Shown here: one piece after another, positions 28,487 through 35,812 of the stretch
How positions within the stretch are numbered: position 1 is the first letter of the stretch
Layout: every line of letters starts with the position of its first letter
Virus record (IMG/VR): IMGVR_UViG_2693429554_000020
Coordinates: 1 to 35,812 of that record
Direction: 5' to 3' (one strand)
DNA: 35,812 bases
Source of the DNA: a virus
Taxonomy: Duplodnaviria; Heunggongvirae; Uroviricota; Caudoviricetes
Position numbers and translations under genes: made by a program
The notes under the pieces: generated by a model
Told to the model about the DNA's origin: nothing
Databases searched by the model: none
Seen by the model: the letters and a program-made list of their open reading frames with translations, nothing else

Positions 28487-28602
28487 ATCTTTCTCCTCTG
28501 AAATCCAGAGGGGATAATGCTACTTAAAGTAGCGAATTGCAACTACTTAAAATAGAAATGACGAGCGTATGTGATGTGAGTAATCTTCTACCTATGGTAG
28601 AA
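28487..28602. promoter_or_regulatory. OR-like operator/promoter region (three CTAC-N5-GTAG palindromes, candidate pR and pRM)
   Basis: Operators at 28520-28532 (CTACTTAAAGTAG), 28543-28555 (CTACTTAAAATAG) and 28588-28600 (CTACCTATGGTAG, centred on the cI ATG). Candidate pR on minus: TTGCAA-17-CATTAT. Candidate pRM on plus: ATGACG-17-TAATCT, giving a near-leaderless cI mRNA. Confidence 0.5.
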
Positions 28603-29298
28603 GAACAGAAGTATCCAGATTTCGCCAAGAGACTAAACGAGTTAATGACAAACAAGGGAATTTCTGTCACCCAACTCAAAAGTCTTGTTGGCGTTACATA
28701 TGAAATGGCGCGGCGATACACAATCGGCGCAGCGAAGCCTCGTGCCTCTGTCATGAATAAACTTGCGTTGGCTCTGGGGGTATCGGCTTCATATTTAGAA
28801 TATGGTGTTGGCGAGAGAGAAGGATGTAAGGAAATGGCAAGCATCCCCAATCCAACAAAACCCGACGTATACAGGATAGAAGTTTTAGATCTTAGCGTTA
28901 GCGCAGGACCTGGAACCTATATGCTTTCAGACTATGTTGATGTGCTCTACGCCATTGAGTTCACAACAGAACATGCCCGTTCTCTTTTCGGTAACCGTTC
29001 TCAGGATGATATTAAGGTTATGACTGTAAATGGCGATAGTATGTCCCCTACTCTCGTTTCCGGAGATCGACTGTTTGTCGACATTTCTGTTCGTCACTTC
29101 CAGACTGATGGAATTTACTCTTTCGTTTACGGTAAGACTTTTCATGTTAAACGTCTTCAAATGCAAGGTGACAAGCTAGCCGTTCTTTCGGATAACCCTG
29201 CCTATGAGAAATGGTACATCGATGAAAAATCGCAGGATCAGCTTTATGTAATGGGCAAGGCGTTGATTCATGAGTCAATAAAATACAATCGGTTATAG
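28594..29298 (+). CDS. CI-type prophage repressor (HTH plus S24 LexA-like peptidase domain)
   Basis: N-terminal XRE-type HTH and C-terminal GDSMSPT (Ser) with downstream HVKRL (Lys). Start at ATG 28594 since the longer ORF (28537) would cover operator sites. Confidence 0.8.
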   Translation: MVEEQKYPDFAKRLNELMTNKGISVTQLKSLVGVTYEMARRYTIGAAKPRASVMNKLALALGVSASYLEYGVGEREGCKEMASIPNPTKPDVYRIEVLDLSVSAGPGTYMLSDYVDVLYAIEFTTEHARSLFGNRSQDDIKVMTVNGDSMSPTLVSGDRLFVDISVRHFQTDGIYSFVYGKTFHVKRLQMQGDKLAVLSDNPAYEKWYIDEKSQDQLYVMGKALIHESIKYNRL

Positions 29299-29313
29299 TT
29301 CTAAGGGCATATA

Positions 29314-29661
29314 ATGGCTAGTGAGCAGGGATTCGAAAAGATTAACATGGATATGTTGGTCTCTTATTTCTCAGAAAAGAATATATATCTAAAATGTACA
29401 CTATGTGGACACGACAGATTGACTGTGCCTCAAGTCAGCGCGAATGTGGGCATGCCATGTACTATGAAACTTGGTAGTTATGTGAATGTTTTTACTGAAA
29501 AAAGCATTTATTCTGATACTGCTAACCAGTATTACTTTTCACTAATATGCAACAATTGTGGAAATGAAATTCATATAAATGCGTTTTCAGTTTTGAACTG
29601 GGTAAATGAAAAGTTCCCAGCAAAAACGGAAGATGAAAAAAATGCCGACGCCGCAAAATAA
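29314..29661 (+). CDS. Zinc-ribbon protein co-transcribed with cI (hypothetical)
   Basis: 115-aa ORF 16 bp after the cI stop with AAGGG SD; CxxC pairs (CTLCGH..., CNNCGN); AT-rich. Confidence 0.5.
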   Translation: MASEQGFEKINMDMLVSYFSEKNIYLKCTLCGHDRLTVPQVSANVGMPCTMKLGSYVNVFTEKSIYSDTANQYYFSLICNNCGNEIHINAFSVLNWVNEKFPAKTEDEKNADAAK

Positions 29662-29728
29662 TGTAGTACCATTTAATAGTGAACTTCCCACAATTAGAAG
29701 ACACGGTGGAGATGGCGGAGGTGATGAC

Positions 29729-30013
29729 ATGCTTGAAGCCCGAGTCGCTAAGTTAGAAGCGAATGTTGAGGATATAAAAACAAATCTCGCAGAGATGAGA
29801 GCTGACATTCGTGATTTGCGAAACGCTCTCTCCGACACCCGACGCGATGTCGCTGTTATCCTTCAAAAACAAATAGATATAGATGAAAAGTTGTCAAAAA
29901 AACCTAGCCTAAGTGAAGTCAACAGCGCTATTTCATCAGCCGTAAATAAACAGATCGCATGGACTGTTGCAACAGGCTTGGCGATTTTAGGTCTCGCCAA
30001 ATTTATGTTTTGA
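29729..30013 (+). CDS. Coiled-coil protein with C-terminal transmembrane anchor (hypothetical)
   Basis: Track ORF 29606..30013; start at ATG 29729 preceded by GGAGGTGA SD (7-nt spacing). Heptad-like LEARVAKLEANVEDIKTNLAEM, then IAWTVATGLAILGLAKFMF. Confidence 0.45.
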   Translation: MLEARVAKLEANVEDIKTNLAEMRADIRDLRNALSDTRRDVAVILQKQIDIDEKLSKKPSLSEVNSAISSAVNKQIAWTVATGLAILGLAKFMF

Positions 30014-30319
30014 TAAGTTTTTGACTATGACCTGCCCTAGTTTTCTTACTATCGAGGCTAAATCACACAATCCATTGAGTAGTAAATTCCCTACCGTTTT
30101 ACACTTAGCCTCCAAAAACTCAACAATACTCTCATGATTGACTTCTCCCCACTTGATGATTAACTAGATCACATACTGATCTCAGCCACAATGAAACAAT
30201 CCATCACGTTCTACAACTCAGCTAACTTCACAATATAATTTTTTGATCATAGCCCCCAAAATATTTTACCTGTAAATTCAATGAATTAATTTCAAAATGC
30301 GTTTTTATGCCCTTAGCTT

Positions 30320-30361
30320 CTACTTTTTGTAGTTGATTTTTGCAACTTTAAGTAGCAATAT
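30320..30361 (+). promoter_or_regulatory. OL-like operators and candidate pL
   Basis: CTACTTTTTGTAG (30320-30332) and CAACTTTAAGTAG (30343-30355), with the same 23-bp centre spacing as the OR pair; TTGATT-17-CAATAT on the plus strand overlaps them. Confidence 0.45.
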
Positions 30362-30633
30362 CATTTTACCGACAACGAACAGGCAGGACGCCCACGAAGT
30401 AGCCGCCTGGGGCATATGAAGTCCAGGATGATTCGTTAGCAACAAAAAAGCGCCCTACCGGACGCTTCGCTCTTTAAAAATCAGTAACCCTCACTTTGGG
30501 CCTGGATCTGGTGGCCTGGGACGAGGTGGAATATGAAAAGGCTCTATTGGTCGACTCATTATCCAATCCTATTATGTCTCATTTCTTCGGTTTCGGTGGT
30601 TTCGGCTTCGGAGGTACATGTCCGTGAACTGGA

Positions 30634-31128
30634 TTATGCTTGTTGGTCATCATTAATATCCGTTAGTTCATTCTCTAGAGGTAGATCTCCCGCACACCAA
30701 GCAATAAATTTTTCTTTGGTTGTTAGATCGTACTTAGTTGGAACACCAGCAAAAATGCAGGCCCGAATGAAAGCCGCTCGTTCAAGTGATTTCCATGGAT
30801 TACTATCGGTATCTTGGATTTTTAAATACCTAGCTTGCAACTGATCTTCAGAAAGAGTATCAGACTCAATCAGCAGTCTTTTGTAATGCCTCGCTTGTTC
30901 TTTAGACATCCCAGCCTCCTGGCCGAACTGATAGACCAACTGAAGAACCGAAAGTACGGCAACAAACAAACCGAAAATAAATAAATTACTGTACGGGGCG
31001 AAAACTGAAAAACCGAGAACGATTAACATCAACGTTATTAATTTATCAATACGAGTTAACAACGTGTAATTCATCTTCTCCAATACATAAGAGTAGTGAA
31101 TATAAAATTTATAATCGTCTCTGGTCAT
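30634..31128 (-). CDS. Hypothetical membrane protein (two N-terminal TM helices), AT-rich
   Basis: 164-aa ORF in AT-rich DNA, antisense to the expected pL transcript; conflicts with plus ORF 30533..30844, which has a strong SD. Confidence 0.4.
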   Translation of the reverse strand: MTRDDYKFYIHYSYVLEKMNYTLLTRIDKLITLMLIVLGFSVFAPYSNLFIFGLFVAVLSVLQLVYQFGQEAGMSKEQARHYKRLLIESDTLSEDQLQARYLKIQDTDSNPWKSLERAAFIRACIFAGVPTKYDLTTKEKFIAWCAGDLPLENELTDINDDQQA

Positions 31129-31511
31129 ATTAGTCTCAGTTTTCCTTGGGTGGTTTTGGAGGAACTGGAGGCTTTTGTCTTAACGGCACATGCCTCTCCT
31201 CATACTTATCTACACATCGTTCCATATAAATCCTTATCGTTGTTGGGGAGGGTTACATAATAACCAAATCCTTGTTGTTGGGGAATAACTAGGTCCACCT
31301 CGCCTGATGTGGCTAAAAGCAGGCACATAACAGCTAAGTATTTTCAACCAGAGAGAATCCTTAGCGTTGTGGTGAATGCGGCTCAGCGCACGCGGGTAAA
31401 GGTTGAGGCTGACAGTCGACCTTCTGTGGATACCCACCCGCCTGGTGTGCAACCTTCGCCAGGCACCGGGAGGCGCCCGGCACCACAACTTTATGCTGTG
31501 TGTAGTCTTGG

Positions 31512-31556
31512 CGGTACCAGCTTGTACCCTTGCTTCCGGCTGGTACCGTCCTTTTT
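31512..31556 (+). terminator. Plus-strand terminator-like hairpin upstream of HD-domain gene
   Basis: CGGTACCAGC (31512-31521) pairs with GCTGGTACCG (31539-31548), 17-nt loop, followed by TCCTTTTT. Confidence 0.4.
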
Positions 31557-31769
31557 ACAAAACAGAGAAGAGCATCACCGGACGACGGGCTCATAACCCA
31601 ATCCATCCGGGCGGCTGCCACCGCAGGTGTTCTTCTCTGTTTTGTGGAGAAACTAACCGCCCCTACGGGGGCATTTATGGAAATGTAATTGACTCAATAA
31701 TCGCCGGACGGTGAGGGCTTCCTTTTACCAGAATTCAGCGCGGTGCAGCGCATATACGTGGAGAACAAA

Positions 31770-32306
31770 ATGTCATTTATTAAAACTTTTTCCGGGAAGC
31801 ATTTTTATTATGACAGGATAAATAAAGACGACATCGTTATTAACGATATCGCGGTTTCCCTTTCAAATATCTGTCGCTTTGCAGGACATCTTTCACACTT
31901 CTACAGTGTCGCCCAACATGCGGTGCTTTGCAGCCAGCTGGTGCCGCAGGAATTTGCTTTTGAAGCTTTAATGCATGATGCAACAGAAGCATATTGCCAG
32001 GACATCCCCGCACCACTGAAACGACTTCTTCCTGACTATAAACGGATGGAAGAAAAAATAGACGCCGTAATCCGTGAGAAATACGGGTTACCTCCTGTTA
32101 TGAGCACGCCAGTGAAATATGCCGATCTCATTATGCTGGCAACCGAACGCCGCGATCTCGGGCTTGATGATGGCTCTTTCTGGCCTGTACTGGAAGGTAT
32201 CCCGGCAACAGAGATGTTCAAAGTGATTCCACAGGCACCGGGCCATGCCTACGGGATGTTTATGGAACGTTTTAACGAGTTATCGGAGTTACGCAAATGC
32301 GCATGA
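31770..32306 (+). CDS. HD-domain phosphohydrolase (YfdR-like 5'-deoxynucleotidase family)
   Basis: H..H...HD motif (FAGHLSHF...AQHAV...LMHDATEAY); start at ATG 31770 with GGAG SD (track ORF begins at 31743); 178 aa. Confidence 0.65.
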   Translation: MSFIKTFSGKHFYYDRINKDDIVINDIAVSLSNICRFAGHLSHFYSVAQHAVLCSQLVPQEFAFEALMHDATEAYCQDIPAPLKRLLPDYKRMEEKIDAVIREKYGLPPVMSTPVKYADLIMLATERRDLGLDDGSFWPVLEGIPATEMFKVIPQAPGHAYGMFMERFNELSELRKCA

Positions 32307-32659
32307 ATGTTTTCGAAATGGAAGGGTTTCTTCGTGGGAGATGTGTACCGCGAGATCTGAAAGTGAATGAAACAGATGCTGAATACCTGGTGCGTAAATT
32401 CGATGCGCTTGAAGCTAAATGTGCAGCACAGGAAAACAAAGTAATACCAGTGTCAACTGAACTGCCACCAGCAAATGAAAGTGTTTTGTTATTCGATGCT
32501 AACGGAGAAGGCTGGCTAATTGGCTGGCGTTCTCTCTGGTACACCTGGGGACAAAAAGAAACCGGAGAATGGCAGTGGACATTTCAGGTCGGGGACCTTG
32601 AAAACGTCAATATCACTCACTGGGCAGTAATGCCAAAAGCACCGGAGGCTGGAGCATAA
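32297..32659 (+). CDS. Hypothetical prophage protein (Trp-rich)
   Basis: 120-aa ORF, GGAG SD 8 nt upstream, coupled to the HD-domain gene. Confidence 0.5.
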   Translation: MRMNVFEMEGFLRGRCVPRDLKVNETDAEYLVRKFDALEAKCAAQENKVIPVSTELPPANESVLLFDANGEGWLIGWRSLWYTWGQKETGEWQWTFQVGDLENVNITHWAVMPKAPEAGA

Positions 32660-32964
32660 TGACCACTTTTACCGACAAAGAACTGATTAAAGAAATTAAA
32701 GAGCGTATCAGCAGCCTTGACGTGCGAGACGATATTGAGCGCCGTGCTTATGAAATCGCACTCCTATCTCTGGAAGTAGAACCAGATGAACGCGAAGCTT
32801 ATGAATTATTCATGGAAAAGCGTTTCGGTGACTTAGTAGATCGTCGGAGAGCAAAAAACGGCGATAACGAATACATGGCATGGGATATGACTCTCGGTTG
32901 GATCGTCTGGCAGCAACGAGCTGGTATCCATTTTTCAACAATGTCACAACAAGAGGTGAAATAA
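32659..32964 (+). CDS. Hypothetical prophage protein
   Basis: 101-aa ORF with GGAG SD; stop overlaps the next start (TAATG). Confidence 0.5.
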   Translation: MTTFTDKELIKEIKERISSLDVRDDIERRAYEIALLSLEVEPDEREAYELFMEKRFGDLVDRRRAKNGDNEYMAWDMTLGWIVWQQRAGIHFSTMSQQEVK

Positions 32965-33314
32965 TGGAGCCATACAGCCTCACACTCGATGAGGCCTGTC
33001 ATTTTCTCAAGATATCCAGACCGACTGCCATTAACTGGATACGCACAGGGCGTCTTCAGGCAACACGCAAAGATCCCACTAAGAATAAATCTCCTTACCT
33101 CACAACACGACAAGCCTGCATTGCGGCTCTTCAGTCTCCGCTGCATACTGTCCAGGTGAGCGCGGGTGATGGCATAACAGAGGAAAGAAAATGTCACTCT
33201 TCCGCAGAGGTGAAATATGGTACGCCAGTTTCACATTGCCGAACGGTAAAAGATTTAAACAGTCTCTTGGAACAAAGGACAAAAGGCAGGCGACAGAACT
33301 CCATGACAAGCTAA
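32964..33314 (+). CDS. Excisionase-like HTH protein (AlpA/Xis-type)
   Basis: [33 protein letters not shown] motif; GAGGTG SD 5 nt upstream; 3' end overlaps the integrase start by about 124 nt. Confidence 0.5.
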   Translation: MEPYSLTLDEACHFLKISRPTAINWIRTGRLQATRKDPTKNKSPYLTTRQACIAALQSPLHTVQVSAGDGITEERKCHSSAEVKYGTPVSHCRTVKDLNSLLEQRTKGRRQNSMTS

Positions 33315-34354
33315 AGGCTGAAGCATGGCGGGTCAGCAAACTTGGTGAAATACCTGATATAACGTTCGAGGAAGCGTGTGTCAGGTGGCTTGAAGAGAAA
33401 GCACATAAAAAATCACTGGACGATGACAAAAGCCGGATCGGATTCTGGCTTCAACATTTCGCAGGAATGCAACTAAGAGACATTACTGAATCAAAAATTT
33501 ATTCAGCAATGCAGAAAATGACGAACCGGCGTCATGAGGAAAACTGGAAACTCAGGGCAGAAGCATGCAGAAAAAAAGGGAAACCTGTTCCAGAATACAC
33601 GCCAAAACCAGCGTCCGTTGCAACGAAGGCTACGCATCTTTCATTTATAAAGGCCCTACTAAGAGCCGCAGAGCGTGAATGGAAAATGCTGGATAAGGCA
33701 CCAATTATTAAAGTGCCTCAACCAAAGAATAAACGGATCCGCTGGCTGGAGCCCCATGAAGCACAAAGGCTGATTGATGAATGTCCGGAGCCATTAAAGT
33801 CTGTTGTTGAATTTGCACTGGCAACAGGCTTAAGACGCTCGAACATCATCAACCTTGAATGGCAACAAATAGATATGCAGCGCCGGGTGGCATGGATAAA
33901 CCCGGAAGAGAGTAAATCAAACCGCGCAATTGGCGTTGCGCTGAATGATACTGCATGTCGCGTATTGAAAAAACAAATCGGGAATCATCACCGTTGGGTA
34001 TTTGTGTACAAGGAAAGCTGTACCAAACCAGACGGAACGAAAGCGCCAACAGTAAGGAAGATGCGGTATGACGCAAACACAGCCTGGAAAGCGGCGCTGA
34101 GACGGGCTGGTATTGATGATTTCAGATTTCACGACTTGAGACACACCTGGGCAAGTTGGCTGGTTCAAGCCGGAGTCCCGTTGTCAGTGTTACAGGAAAT
34201 GGGAGGCTGGGAGTCTATCGAAATGGTTCGTCGATATGCTCACCTTGCACCTAATCACCTTACCGAACACGCACGGCAAATAGACTCGATCCTGAACCCA
34301 TCGGTCCCAAATTTGTCCCAGTCAAAAAATAAGGAAGGTACTAATGATGTGTAA
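33191..34354 (+). CDS. int: Tyrosine integrase
   Basis: 387-aa ORF with arm-binding-like N-terminus ([15 protein letters not shown]) and C-terminal [11 protein letters not shown]...VRRYAHL catalytic motif; ends 15 bp from the tRNA 3' end. Confidence 0.85.
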   Translation: MSLFRRGEIWYASFTLPNGKRFKQSLGTKDKRQATELHDKLKAEAWRVSKLGEIPDITFEEACVRWLEEKAHKKSLDDDKSRIGFWLQHFAGMQLRDITESKIYSAMQKMTNRRHEENWKLRAEACRKKGKPVPEYTPKPASVATKATHLSFIKALLRAAEREWKMLDKAPIIKVPQPKNKRIRWLEPHEAQRLIDECPEPLKSVVEFALATGLRRSNIINLEWQQIDMQRRVAWINPEESKSNRAIGVALNDTACRVLKKQIGNHHRWVFVYKESCTKPDGTKAPTVRKMRYDANTAWKAALRRAGIDDFRFHDLRHTWASWLVQAGVPLSVLQEMGGWESIEMVRRYAHLAPNHLTEHARQIDSILNPSVPNLSQSKNKEGTNDV

Positions 34355-34368
34355 CTTATTGATTTAAA

Positions 34369-34444
34369 TGGTGCCGATAATAGGAGTCGAACCTACGACC
34401 TTCGCATTACGAATGCGCTGCTCTACCAACTGAGCTATATCGGC
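34369..34444 (-). tRNA. thrW: tRNA-Thr (anticodon CGU)
   Basis: 76-nt cloverleaf read on the minus strand: GCCGATATAGCTCAGTTGGTAGAGCAGCGCATTCGTAATGCGAAGGTCGTAGGTTCGACTCCTATTATCGGCACCA; anticodon loop TTCGTAA. Confidence 0.9.
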
Positions 34445-34558
34445 CCTGAAAGGACATGTTCACGAACGTGAATCACGGTGGACAAGGTTAAAACTAACCG
34501 GGCGATGCGTCAATGGCCTTGTGAATCAAATGGCTACTTTTGCATCACCCGGTTTTAT

Positions 34559-35812
34559 TTACGCACGAATGGTGTAATCACCAATGCCGATCCACTTGTA
34601 AGTGGTCAGTGCTTCCAGCCCCATTGGGCCGCGCGCGTGGAGTTTTTGTGTGCTTACCGCCACTTCCGCCCCCAGTCCAAACTGGCCGCCGTCGGTAAAA
34701 CGCGTAGAGGCGTTAACGTAAACAGCGGAGGAATCCACTTCGTTAACAAAACGCTGGGCGTTGCGCATATCGCGGGTCAGGATCGCATCGGAGTGTTGCG
34801 TGCCGTGTTCACGAATATGGGCAATGGCGTCATCCAGATCGCTAACGATTTTGACGTTCAAATCTAATGACAGAAACTCATCGTCATACTCTTCGGCTTT
34901 AACAGCCACCACCTTCGCGGGGCCTGCCTGCAACTGCGCCAGCGCGGCTGCATCAGCGTGTAACGTCACGCCGCTTTCCGCCATTTGTTTGCTTAATGCG
35001 GGCAGGAAGCTATCAGCGATGTTTTTATTCACCAGCAACGTTTCTACCGTATTACACGTGCTCGGACGCTGAGTTTTCGCGTTGACAATTACTTTCAGGG
35101 CTTCAGCGATCTCTGCGCTTTCATCAACGTAAATATGGCATACGCCTATACCGCCTGTGATCACCGGGATTGTCGACTGTTCGCGGCACAGCTTATGCAA
35201 GCCAGCGCCACCACGCGGGATCAGCATGTCGATGTATTTATCCATACGCAGCATTTCACTGACCAGCGCACGGTCAGGATTATCAATTGCCTGCACGGCA
35301 CCCGCCGGTAAGCCGCAGGATTTCAGGGCGTCCTGAATCACCGCTACCGTTGCAGCGTTAGTGCGACAGGTTTCTTTGCCGCCGCGCAGGATCACCGCGT
35401 TACCGGTTTTCAGGCACAGGGAAGCAACATCAACCGTCACGTTCGGGCGCGCTTCATAAATCACGCCAATCACCCCCAGCGGTACGCGACGACGCTCAAG
35501 ACGCAGGCCGCTGTCCAGTACGCCGCCATCGATTACCTGCCCCACCGGATCGGCGAGGTTGCACACCTGGCGCACATCATCGGCAATGCCTTTCAGCCGT
35601 GCGGGCGTCAGTGCCAGACGGTCAAGCATCGCTTCGCTAAGGCCATTGGCACGCGCGTCAGCAACATCCTGGGCGTTAGCGTTGAGGATGATTTCGCTTT
35701 GTGCTTCCAATTCATCGGCGATTTTTTCCAGCACACGATTTTTTTCGCGGCTGGAGAGTTGCGCTAATTTATACGAGGCTTGCTTTGCGGCAATGCCCAT
35801 TTGTTCCAGCAT
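34559..35812 (-). CDS. proA: Gamma-glutamyl phosphate reductase ProA
   Basis: Complete 417-aa ORF recognisable as enterobacterial ProA; start codon is the last three bases of the window. Confidence 0.9.
   Translation of the reverse strand: MLEQMGIAAKQASYKLAQLSSREKNRVLEKIADELEAQSEIILNANAQDVADARANGLSEAMLDRLALTPARLKGIADDVRQVCNLADPVGQVIDGGVLDSGLRLERRRVPLGVIGVIYEARPNVTVDVASLCLKTGNAVILRGGKETCRTNAATVAVIQDALKSCGLPAGAVQAIDNPDRALVSEMLRMDKYIDMLIPRGGAGLHKLCREQSTIPVITGGIGVCHIYVDESAEIAEALKVIVNAKTQRPSTCNTVETLLVNKNIADSFLPALSKQMAESGVTLHADAAALAQLQAGPAKVVAVKAEEYDDEFLSLDLNVKIVSDLDDAIAHIREHGTQHSDAILTRDMRNAQRFVNEVDSSAVYVNASTRFTDGGQFGLGAEVAVSTQKLHARGPMGLEALTTYKWIGIGDYTIRA

Larger units (their letters stand above)
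1..34400. mobile_element. Mosaic lambdoid prophage (partial; left end outside window), right end at thrW
   Basis: Contiguous phage modules (tail, head, terminase, lysis, Q, replication, immunity, integrase) ending next to tRNA-Thr; the exact att core boundary inside or next to the tRNA is not determinable from one end. Confidence 0.85.

Noticed and set aside
28524-28850. 108-aa minus-strand ORF
   Set aside because: Antisense to the CI-type repressor gene and would run through the operator region.
30370-30540. Lambda N-type antiterminator after candidate pL
   Set aside because: No Arg-rich small ORF or obvious boxA/boxB-like element recognised; the first plus-strand ORF after pL has a hydrophobic signal-like N-terminus instead.
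31557-31645. Retron msr/msd-like element suggested by the 18-bp inverted repeat
   Set aside because: No reverse transcriptase gene adjacent; the downstream gene is an HD-domain hydrolase. Kept only as a generic structured-RNA candidate.
34478-34867. 129-aa plus-strand ORF
   Set aside because: Overlaps the tRNA flank and the 3' end of proA on the opposite strand; proA is clearly the real gene.
1-35812. CRISPR arrays, rRNA genes, IS elements or transposases
   Set aside because: No regularly spaced short repeats, no rRNA-like sequence, and no transposase-like ORF or terminal inverted repeats bracketing a gene were seen.

Overview
This window is the right ~34.4 kb of a mosaic lambdoid prophage integrated at tRNA-Thr(CGU) (thrW) beside an intact proA, i.e. 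an Escherichia/Shigella-like chromosome. The prophage's left end lies beyond the window start. All calls come from reading the sequence and the ORF track; no database search was run, so family assignments rest on recalled homology and synteny. From left to right, the minus strand carries a contractile-tail module (truncated tail fiber, baseplate genes, DNA-circularization N-like protein, tape measure, frameshifted chaperone pair, tube, sheath), an HK97-type head module (connector, capsid, protease, portal), terminase and an HNH endonuclease with a probable cos region. Next come lambda-type lysis genes (holin, R endolysin, Rz/Rz1), a DPPY DNA methyltransferase, antiterminator Q and the early-right operon (DUF968, KilA-N, RusA, a LexA-DBD-only protein, PerC-like, O-like initiator with internal iterons, YdaT-like, Cro-like). 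The plus strand carries a CI-type repressor with S24 peptidase domain, two small passenger genes, a candidate pL/OL, then an HD-domain protein, two small proteins, an excisionase-like protein and a tyrosine integrase ending 15 bp from the tRNA. The strongest candidate for a new system is an AT-rich two-gene cassette at 21517-22978 (308-aa soluble protein plus 182-aa four-TM membrane protein). It sits between Q and the late operon in the opposite orientation and is bracketed by terminator hairpins; I could not place either protein in a known family. Other points worth a second look are the passenger genes co-transcribed with cI, an AT-rich membrane-protein ORF beside the OL/pL candidate that conflicts with an opposite-strand ORF, a highly structured GC-rich non-coding stretch at 31200-31700, an apparent frameshift in the tail sheath gene, and a CTAC-N5-GTAG operator family shared by OR and OL.
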